A DNA stretch of 64,000 nucleotides from positions 4,030,001 to 4,094,000 of the forward strand of contig NW_027266283.1 of NCBI RefSeq assembly GCF_022045235.1, written 5' to 3'. Numbering within the stretch: the first letter of the stretch is position 1; each line of letters begins with the position of its first letter. The position numbers were made by a program, and so were the translations under genes. Origin of the DNA: Haliotis cracherodii. Its lineage: Eukaryota. Below the pieces are notes generated by a model. That model made no database searches. It saw only the letters and a program-made list of their open reading frames with translations, and was not told where the DNA came from. Below, piece by piece: positions 63,201-64,000 of this stretch.

Positions 63201-64000
63201 CTAAGGCTGACCAAACAAGACTGGGATACGTTCTCGTTAAGACCAAAGCGTGAGTTCAACACGTTCCTGACCAACTCGGACTGGAACATCCTTGTCGTTG
63301 GCGATGACGGAGTTTATGAAAGGAAGACCCGGCGGTCGAACCTCGGTTGGTCGTACAAGAATGATTCCTGCCTGGTGCATGTGGGCTCTGATTCGGATGC
63401 TGTTCTGGCAGGACTTCTCGATGGAAGTAGTCTTCACCAAAGGGACGTAACTCACTTTGAGGGCCAACTATTTGCCACTCAACAAAGTAAAAGTGTGTCC
63501 GATTTTAATAATCGAGAAACAGGTTGGCATACCAACAAAGAGTTATCAAACGGTGTTAAAAAAATAATCCGTTGGCACCCGAACAAAGCAATGGTGACTG
63601 CAAGCAATGATGACGAGAGACCTCAATGGTGCCTGGACACGTGTTGGCACGAAGTATCCTTAACCAAGAATACGGCTCAACTGATCAAAGGAATCGAAGC
63701 TGGACACAATATTCTCATAAAATCTGGCAATATATTGGCTGCTGCCCGAGACATCGTAGTGTACGAAGGTCAGGTGACTGCAACCCTCAGGGAGCATTGG
63801 TCCCCGTCTGACCAATCATCATTCTCAGAACATTCGGAACAAGTGTGGCAGTCCGTTTCGTCCCAAGGGGAGGTAACCTCATGCAAACACAAACCGGAAT
63901 CGTCAACAGTTACATCCTACACGAGAGAGTATCTCCCAAGTAGGTGGTTCCTCGACAGTCGGTCATGGAGAATGATTCTATCCATTGATTCTAAAGGAAC
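200..64000 (+). CDS. Giant multi-exon extracellular protein, 5'- and 3'-incomplete: EGF-like, (PTTT)11, ~108 further EGF-like modules, 2 four-Cys modules, ShKT, linker, 2 sushi/CCP, unknown C-terminal region
   Basis: 63 exons with AG acceptors and GT (or GC) donors, all introns phase 1, splice into one stop-free frame of ~11,990 nt. No start codon, signal peptide or stop codon inside the window. Single-gene status is inferred from frame and phase compatibility. Confidence 0.85.
635..840 (-). mobile_element. Tc1/mariner transposase C-terminal remnant, internally rearranged
   Basis: Minus strand WGRIPQNQIQRFTQRMR..LEAVVRVQGGYTRY* matches Tc1 C-termini. Plus strand 750-840 reads LDCCVRQRDPPVHTLSEVTAALHE, the segment that normally precedes it. 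Confidence 0.7.
965..1070. mobile_element. MITE
   Basis: Terminal inverted repeats GGTGCCGTTGTACAAA / TTTGTACAACGGCGCC; a similar element lies at ~62651-62740. Confidence 0.6.
1160..1430 (-). mobile_element. SINE family C (non-tRNA head), degenerate, antisense
   Basis: Reverse complement of ACCCGTGAAGATCCGGG...GCTGGAATATTGC..AGTGCGG.GTTAAACAACAAAC. Confidence 0.75.
2250..2492 (+). CDS. Exon: mucin-like (PTTT)11 linker plus single EGF-like module
   Basis: ttgcag|C..G|gtaag, 243 bp; TSTEK(PTTT)11PACTLKCPNNSVLDLKECECNCNPGWYGNQC. Confidence 0.9.
2516..2840 (+). mobile_element. SINE family B (tRNA-like head, MetaSINE/MESC-like core, (CA)n spacer)
   Basis: GACCGCCTCC.CGGTCTAGTGG..GGTTCGATACC..AAAAGATGGTACTTG..CTGGCGCTCGGCAT..CGACGTTAAACCC; about a dozen copies or fragments in window. 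Confidence 0.8.
3203..3391 (+). CDS. Double EGF-like cassette exon 1 (189 bp)
   Basis: DCNLKCANGGILDKLRCECKC...WHGPKC; AG/GT, phase 1-1. Confidence 0.92.
3600..3785 (+). CDS. Double EGF-like cassette exon 2
   Basis: 186 bp; DCDLACKNGGTLDGARCQCMC...; AG/GT. Confidence 0.92.
4178..4356 (+). mobile_element. SINE family A (short, tRNA-Asp-like head)
   Basis: A box TAGCCTAGTG, B box GGTTCGATTCC, tail GATATTGCTGGAATATTGCTAAAAGC..ACTCACTCAC. Confidence 0.8.
4388..4573 (+). CDS. Double EGF-like cassette exon 3
   Basis: 186 bp; DCSLKCANGGTVDGAQCDCTC...; AG/GT. Confidence 0.92.
4580..4628. repeat. 12-bp tandem repeat (TTGCCAGTTGTA) x4
   Basis: Visible just after the exon 3 donor. Confidence 0.85.
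4968..5125 (+). mobile_element. SINE family A
   Basis: Same head and tail as the 4178 copy. Confidence 0.75.
5397..5582 (+). CDS. Double EGF-like cassette exon 4
   Basis: 186 bp; ECSLQCKNGGKLDGDACQCSC...; AG/GT. Confidence 0.92.
5679..5853. mobile_element. pogo/Tc1-mariner-type MITE
   Basis: TA|CAGTAGACTGCGGTTATAACGAAC...GTTCGTTATAAACGTAGTTTACTG|TA; a related copy is inverted at 30451-30617. Confidence 0.8.
5921..6140 (-). mobile_element. SINE family C, antisense
   Basis: Reverse complement of family C, ending ...TCTTCACGGGT. Confidence 0.78.
6200..6385 (+). CDS. Double EGF-like cassette exon 5
   Basis: 186 bp; DCSLKCANGGSLQKDTCRCTC... Confidence 0.92.
6893..7210 (+). mobile_element. SINE family B
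   Basis: Family B core and CACCTCAC tail. Confidence 0.78.
7264..7449 (+). CDS. Double EGF-like cassette exon 6
   Basis: 186 bp; DCNLECQNGGTLDQAKCRCAC...; near-identical to exon 15. Confidence 0.92.
8107..8292 (+). CDS. Double EGF-like cassette exon 7
   Basis: 186 bp; DCKLKCLNGGSLQTLTCECKC... Confidence 0.92.
8357..8718 (+). mobile_element. SINE family B, full length
   Basis: Head, core, (CA)n and (CACCT)n tail. Confidence 0.82.
9430..9685 (+). mobile_element. SINE family C
   Basis: TAGGTCTTCAGCAACCCATGCTTGTC...AGAGGCGAC...CAACCAACCAATC; ends immediately before the exon 8 acceptor. Confidence 0.75.
9700..9885 (+). CDS. Double EGF-like cassette exon 8 (GC donor)
   Basis: 186 bp; DCSLKCANGGALDKEKC...; followed by GCAAGT at the homologous donor position. 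Confidence 0.88.
10401..10440 (+). pseudogene. Decayed cassette-exon remnant
   Basis: ttcag|ATTCAATAC GCT AAT GGA GGT ACC TTA GAC CAG GAG AAA = ANGGTLDQEK; Cys codons and 3' part lost. Confidence 0.6.
10531..10716 (+). CDS. Double EGF-like cassette exon 9
   Basis: 186 bp; DCQLTCKNNGTLDSDKC... Confidence 0.92.
10761..10918 (+). mobile_element. SINE family A
   Basis: A box, B box and family A tail. Confidence 0.8.
11080..11265 (+). CDS. Double EGF-like cassette exon 10 (CGR type)
   Basis: 186 bp; DCGRKCGNNGTLNADKC... Confidence 0.92.
11643..11802 (+). mobile_element. SINE family A (a degenerate copy precedes it at ~11495-11630)
   Basis: A box, B box and family A tail. Confidence 0.78.
11849..12034 (+). 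CDS. Double EGF-like cassette exon 11
   Basis: 186 bp; DCSLTCANGGTLDKINCRCAC... Confidence 0.92.
12058..12283 (+). mobile_element. SINE family C
   Basis: GACCCGTGAAG...AAACAACAAAC. Confidence 0.78.
12330..12515 (+). CDS. Double EGF-like cassette exon 12
   Basis: 186 bp; DCDLQCENGGSLNKETC... Confidence 0.92.
12637..12902 (+). mobile_element. SINE family D (widely spaced A and B boxes)
   Basis: GGGGCACGGGTGGCCCAGTCG...GGTTCGAATC...; flanking TSD TGCG(A/T)TCGGATATG. Confidence 0.82.
13052..13179. mobile_element. Tc1/mariner-type MITE
   Basis: TA|TACTACTCAAAA...TTTTGAGTAGTA|TA; second copy at 46555-46681. Confidence 0.78.
13379..13564 (+). CDS. Double EGF-like cassette exon 13
   Basis: 186 bp; DCQLTCKNNGTLDSAKC... 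Confidence 0.92.
15265..15594 (+). mobile_element. SINE family B
   Basis: Near-identical to the 8357 copy, including the variant B box GGTCTCATCCC. Confidence 0.82.
16274..16459 (+). CDS. Double EGF-like cassette exon 14
   Basis: 186 bp; DCSLKCQNEGTLDNAAC... Confidence 0.92.
16567..16752 (+). CDS. Double EGF-like cassette exon 15
   Basis: 186 bp; ACNLKCQNGGTLDQAKC... Confidence 0.92.
16930..17090 (+). mobile_element. SINE family A
   Basis: Family A head and tail. Confidence 0.75.
17165..17350 (+). CDS. Double EGF-like cassette exon 16
   Basis: 186 bp; DCSLKCANVGSLDKDSC... Confidence 0.92.
17508..17693 (+). CDS. Double EGF-like cassette exon 17
   Basis: 186 bp; DCSLVCQNGGTLNTENC... Confidence 0.92.
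17960..18092. repeat. ~23-bp minisatellite (GTGATATTTTCAGTAAAACGAGG-like) x5-6
   Basis: Directly visible. Confidence 0.8.
18856..19041 (+). CDS. Double EGF-like cassette exon 18
   Basis: 186 bp; DCNLKCLNGGTLDKDNC... Confidence 0.92.
19609..19794 (+). CDS. Double EGF-like cassette exon 19 (CGR type)
   Basis: 186 bp; DCGRQCGNNGTLNADKC... Confidence 0.92.
20036..20221 (+). CDS. Double EGF-like cassette exon 20
   Basis: 186 bp; AAG acceptor; DCKLSCANGGALDKEKC... Confidence 0.9.
22243..22428 (+). CDS. Double EGF-like cassette exon 21
   Basis: 186 bp; DCELKCANNGTLNKDTC... Confidence 0.92.
22559..22611 (+). pseudogene. Truncated pseudo-exon with in-frame stop
   Basis: tttcag|AC TGC CAA CTT GCT TGC AAA AAC GGT GGG ACC TAA GAC AAG TTG AAG TGC = DCQLACKNGGT*DKLKC; TAA at 22591-22593. 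Confidence 0.85.
22741..22852 (+). mobile_element. SINE family A, 3'-truncated
   Basis: Intact A and B boxes; absent from the paralogous intron near 28785. Confidence 0.8.
22901..23086 (+). CDS. Double EGF-like cassette exon 22
   Basis: 186 bp; DCSLKCANGGTLDKDKCECTCDDEY... Confidence 0.92.
24192..24423. mobile_element. MITE
   Basis: Inverted termini GGC.AAAAAATAAGTCTTGGTTCTCAGGCAC / GTGCCTGAGAACCAAGACTATT..TTTTTCGCC. Confidence 0.7.
24599..24784 (+). CDS. Double EGF-like cassette exon 23
   Basis: 186 bp; DCSLKCANGGSLDKEKC... Confidence 0.92.
25008..25258 (+). mobile_element. SINE family C
   Basis: Family C body and tail. Confidence 0.75.
25374..25559 (+). CDS. Double EGF-like cassette exon 24
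   Basis: 186 bp; DCNLSCKNGGTLNEKTC... Confidence 0.92.
25669..25985. repeat. 19-bp G-rich minisatellite (GCAGAGTGGTGGTGGGGTA) x~16
   Basis: Directly visible; runs into a degenerate family A SINE ending near 26115. Confidence 0.92.
26536..26721 (+). CDS. Double EGF-like cassette exon 25
   Basis: 186 bp; DCSLKCENAGTLDKEKC... Confidence 0.92.
26821..27060 (+). mobile_element. SINE family D
   Basis: TSD TCATTTCATTGGA (26808-26820 / 27058-27070). Confidence 0.82.
27965..28149 (-). mobile_element. SINE family C, antisense, abutting a family A fragment
   Basis: Reverse complement of family C, ending GGATCTTCACGGG. Confidence 0.78.
28441..28713 (+). mobile_element. SINE family D
   Basis: TSD TCAGTTAGGATA (28429-28440 / 28712-28723); empty paralogous site at 22668-22679. 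Confidence 0.85.
28867..29052 (+). CDS. Double EGF-like cassette exon 26
   Basis: 186 bp; DCSLKCANGGTLDKDKCECTCADGY...; paralogue of exon 22. Confidence 0.92.
29506..29691 (+). CDS. Double EGF-like cassette exon 27
   Basis: 186 bp; DCSLTCSNGGTLDKDKC...; ends A|gtaag. Confidence 0.9.
30073..30258 (+). CDS. Double EGF-like cassette exon 28 (CGR type)
   Basis: 186 bp; CGRQCGNNGTLNADKC... Confidence 0.92.
30451..30617. mobile_element. pogo/Tc1-mariner-type MITE
   Basis: TA|CAGTAAACTA...TAGTTTACTG|TA; homologous to 5679-5853. Confidence 0.75.
30820..31150. repeat. 23-bp minisatellite with 46-bp dimer structure
   Basis: GGCGTTATGCAGAGTACACAACA alternating with GGCGTTATACAGAGTATGTGACT; bracketed by a ~160-bp direct repeat (30582-30741, 31152-31311). 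Confidence 0.85.
31459..31644 (+). CDS. Double EGF-like cassette exon 29
   Basis: 186 bp; AAG acceptor; DCKLSCANGGKLDSTKC... Confidence 0.9.
32005..32315 (+). mobile_element. SINE family B
   Basis: Family B head, core and tail. Confidence 0.75.
32430..32615 (+). CDS. Double EGF-like cassette exon 30
   Basis: 186 bp; DCDLKCANNGTLNKDTC... Confidence 0.92.
32840..33025 (+). CDS. Double EGF-like cassette exon 31
   Basis: 186 bp; DCKLICKNNGSLDSAKC... Confidence 0.92.
33306..33491 (+). CDS. Double EGF-like cassette exon 32
   Basis: 186 bp; DCSLKCGNGGTLDKEKC... Confidence 0.92.
34525..34710 (+). CDS. Double EGF-like cassette exon 33
   Basis: 186 bp; DCSLKCANGGTLDKDKC...GPGC... Confidence 0.92.
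35262..35447 (+). CDS. Double EGF-like cassette exon 34
   Basis: 186 bp; DCSRKCGNGGTLDNAKC...YRGDDC... Confidence 0.92.
36408..36593 (+). CDS. Double EGF-like cassette exon 35
   Basis: 186 bp; DCSLKCGNGGTLDKDKC... Confidence 0.92.
36953..37138 (+). CDS. Double EGF-like cassette exon 36
   Basis: 186 bp; DCSLKCQNGGTLDKDKC... Confidence 0.92.
38307..38492 (+). CDS. Double EGF-like cassette exon 37 (CGR type)
   Basis: 186 bp; DCGRQCGNNGTLNADKC... Confidence 0.92.
38704..39030 (+). mobile_element. SINE family B with an internal duplication
   Basis: Family B head and tail; CTAGCAC..GGCA.CAGTCCG segment present twice. Confidence 0.75.
39059..39452 (+). mobile_element. SINE family D containing a 16-bp tandem expansion
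   Basis: TSD TCTGTATTATCA; (CCTGGTTCGCCCCAAT) x~8 at 39157-39292. Confidence 0.85.
39495..39680 (+). CDS. Double EGF-like cassette exon 38
   Basis: 186 bp; DCNQTCANGGSLDKEKC... Confidence 0.92.
39960..40145 (+). CDS. Double EGF-like cassette exon 39
   Basis: 186 bp; same peptide as exon 30. Confidence 0.92.
40373..40558 (+). CDS. Double EGF-like cassette exon 40
   Basis: 186 bp; same peptide as exon 31. Confidence 0.92.
40911..41096 (+). CDS. Double EGF-like cassette exon 41
   Basis: 186 bp; DCSLKCDNGGSLDKAKC... Confidence 0.92.
41211..41396 (+). CDS. Double EGF-like cassette exon 42 (GC donor)
   Basis: 186 bp; DCSLKCANGGTLDSSTC...; followed by GCAAGT. Confidence 0.88.
41647..41876 (+). 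mobile_element. SINE family C
   Basis: Family C head to tail. Confidence 0.78.
42011..42196 (+). CDS. Double EGF-like cassette exon 43
   Basis: 186 bp; DCSLQCENGGTLDKAKC... Confidence 0.92.
42925..43110 (+). CDS. Double EGF-like cassette exon 44
   Basis: 186 bp; DCQLKCSNGGTLDKAKC...GYVGSKC. Confidence 0.92.
43332..43517 (+). CDS. Double EGF-like cassette exon 45
   Basis: 186 bp; DCNLKCTNGGKLDPSTC... Confidence 0.92.
43788..44064 (+). mobile_element. SINE family D
   Basis: TSD CT(G/A)AGGAAAATG; empty site at 42601-42614. Confidence 0.85.
44362..44547 (+). CDS. Double EGF-like cassette exon 46
   Basis: 186 bp; copy of exon 44. Confidence 0.9.
44769..44954 (+). CDS. Double EGF-like cassette exon 47
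   Basis: 186 bp; copy of exon 45. Confidence 0.9.
45314..45590 (+). mobile_element. SINE family D (duplicated with its flanks)
   Basis: Same insertion site and TSD as the 43788 copy. Confidence 0.85.
45879..46064 (+). CDS. Double EGF-like cassette exon 48
   Basis: 186 bp; copy of exon 44. Confidence 0.9.
46286..46471 (+). CDS. Double EGF-like cassette exon 49
   Basis: 186 bp; exon 45-like with a distinct end (CNFGWKGPKC). Confidence 0.9.
46555..46681. mobile_element. Tc1/mariner-type MITE
   Basis: TA|TACTACTCAAAA...TTTTGAGTAGTA|TA. Confidence 0.78.
46728..46963 (+). mobile_element. SINE family C
   Basis: Family C head to tail. Confidence 0.75.
47234..47419 (+). CDS. Double EGF-like cassette exon 50
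   Basis: 186 bp; DCKRQCRNGGVLNPETC... Confidence 0.92.
47605..47845 (+). mobile_element. SINE family C
   Basis: GACCCGTGAAGATCCGG...GCTGGAATATTGCTGAGTGC. Confidence 0.8.
48176..48262. repeat. 18-bp G-rich repeat (GGCGGGGATCGGTGGAGG) x4
   Basis: Directly visible. Confidence 0.85.
48760..49085 (+). mobile_element. SINE family B, full length
   Basis: Intact A box TGGTCTAGTGG and B box GGTTCGATCCC. Confidence 0.85.
49257..49442 (+). CDS. Double EGF-like cassette exon 51 (Arg-rich, contains RGDS)
   Basis: 186 bp; ECGLKCNNGGTLLTRYCRCMCANGYRGDSC... Confidence 0.92.
49886..50113 (+). mobile_element. SINE family C
   Basis: Family C head to (AAAC)n tail. Confidence 0.8.
50579..50764 (+). CDS. Double EGF-like cassette exon 52
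   Basis: 186 bp; DCNLNCRNGGVLDPNKC... Confidence 0.92.
52296..52481 (+). CDS. Double EGF-like cassette exon 53
   Basis: 186 bp; DCNLTCDNGGILDGNRC... Confidence 0.92.
52546..53082 (+). mobile_element. Two tandem family C SINEs (52546-52771 and 52819-53082)
   Basis: Second copy is full length: ACCCGTGAAGATCCGGGGTAG...GCGGCGTTAAACAACAAACC. Confidence 0.82.
53878..54033 (+). mobile_element. SINE family A
   Basis: Family A body and tail. Confidence 0.75.
54476..55463 (+). mobile_element. SINE family B interrupted by a ~690-bp C/A-rich expansion
   Basis: Head and core 54476-54712; tail CGCTATATAAGTG...CACCTC 55408-55463. Confidence 0.75.
54713..55406. repeat. Compound minisatellite: CCCCACACACCCACAT-type units, then (CACACCCTAACC/CACAACCTAACC) x~17
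   Basis: Directly visible; source of the spurious PHT/VWG ORFs. Confidence 0.92.
55603..55692 (+). CDS. Exon: single EGF-like module
   Basis: 90 bp; DCKQLCNNNGTLDVANCKCDCTGAFYGKSC; tag|A..T|gtaag. Confidence 0.88.
55768..56192 (+). mobile_element. SINE family C with a nested family A SINE (55834-55997)
   Basis: 14-bp TSD ATGCTTGTAACAGG at 55823-55836 and 55998-56011. Confidence 0.85.
56536..56598 (+). CDS. Exon: 4-Cys mini-module
   Basis: 63 bp; KCRRKCESPQVISPASCSCQ; strong polypyrimidine acceptor, AAG|gtatg. Confidence 0.8.
57187..57264 (+). CDS. Exon: 4-Cys mini-module
   Basis: 78 bp; DLPPCTKTCSGPTVLYKRTCSCVPNT; ttccag|..G|gtatg. Confidence 0.8.
57415..57700 (+). mobile_element. SINE family B, 5'-degenerate
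   Basis: Family B core and tail. Confidence 0.75.
58095..58343 (+). mobile_element. SINE family C with a 22-bp internal expansion
   Basis: (AAAAGGCGCCTATGCTTGTCGT)-like x5 at 58125-58247. Confidence 0.78.
58509..58616 (+). CDS. Exon: ShKT-like domain
   Basis: 108 bp; NCAQFDGAKCKKVVDGNFCGTPASNADCPQGCGLC; six Cys with the C-P-x-x-C-G-L-C ShKT ending. Confidence 0.82.
58927..59195 (+). mobile_element. SINE family D
   Basis: Family D body; shares its 5' flank with the 60191 copy. Confidence 0.8.
59436..59800. repeat. 20-bp C-rich minisatellite (TCCCCACCCCCACGTCCTCG)n
   Basis: Directly visible. Confidence 0.9.
60056..60130 (+). CDS. Exon: Pro/acidic linker
   Basis: 75 bp, phase 1-1; ENDFTPPPKDDKPKAHIDDEEENPF; ttcag|..G|gtaagt. 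Confidence 0.72.
60191..60460 (+). mobile_element. SINE family D
   Basis: TSD TCATTGCTTG (60181-60190 / 60460-60469). Confidence 0.82.
60651..60892 (+). mobile_element. SINE family C
   Basis: Family C head to tail. Confidence 0.72.
61115..61565. mobile_element. hAT-like MITE
   Basis: Termini TAGGGGTG / CGCCCCTA, ATCGAT-rich subtermini, 8-bp flanks gttgttat / tctgttat. Confidence 0.6.
61583..61759 (+). CDS. Exon: sushi/CCP domain 1
   Basis: 177 bp; CGKKPDVANA...FACLPGF...SQCQEDGTWSEFEFTC; four Cys plus conserved G-x-W. Confidence 0.9.
61801..61977 (+). mobile_element. SINE family D, 5'-truncated
   Basis: CGCCAGAAACCTATGATTGTGG...ACTCACT. Confidence 0.78.
62237..62434 (+). CDS. Exon: sushi/CCP domain 2
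   Basis: 198 bp (CAGCAG acceptor, alternative start 62240); AKPKRSIGGCGPPPDLNG...YQCLKGY...ECTRYQQWTRPTLTC. Confidence 0.9.
63004..64000 (+). CDS. Large exon encoding an unrecognised C-terminal region, open to the window edge
   Basis: ttttgtacttgcag acceptor, phase 1; ~332 stop-free codons RSSSWIQMGEALQ...WFLDSRSWRMILSIDSKG; absent from the ORF track because it has no stop. Confidence 0.85.

Noticed and set aside
200-64000. Assigning a symbol such as NOTCH, MEGF, TNX, FBN or SVEP1
   Set aside because: Cys spacing, lack of a calcium-binding EGF consensus and the domain order match none of them; such hits would be generic EGF similarity.

Overview
Eukaryotic (invertebrate, probably gastropod mollusc; organism inferred only from repeat style) genomic DNA. 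Almost the whole window is one + strand, intron-rich gene, incomplete at both ends. I trace 63 in-frame exons joined by phase-1 introns (about 12 kb of coding sequence, at least ~4,000 aa). In order: a single EGF-like exon; a (PTTT)11 mucin-like linker plus EGF; 53 cassette exons of 186 bp (one 189 bp), each encoding a 62-aa, 12-Cys double EGF-like unit with atypical CxCxC spacing; one more single EGF (109 EGF-like modules in total); two 4-Cys mini-modules; an ShKT-like domain; an acidic/Pro linker; two sushi/CCP domains; and an open >330-aa final exon of unrecognised fold that the ORF track misses. The cassette array shows a 9-exon higher-order period, exon-restricted homogenisation, mosaic exons, two GC-AG introns, two dead exons and a recent 2-exon triplication. 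Introns hold four SINE families (three apparently only in sense orientation), several MITEs, a rearranged Tc1 remnant and minisatellites born inside SINEs. Most ORF-track entries are exon read-throughs, antisense shadows or repeat artefacts. All coordinates were read by eye; repeat boundaries are approximate.
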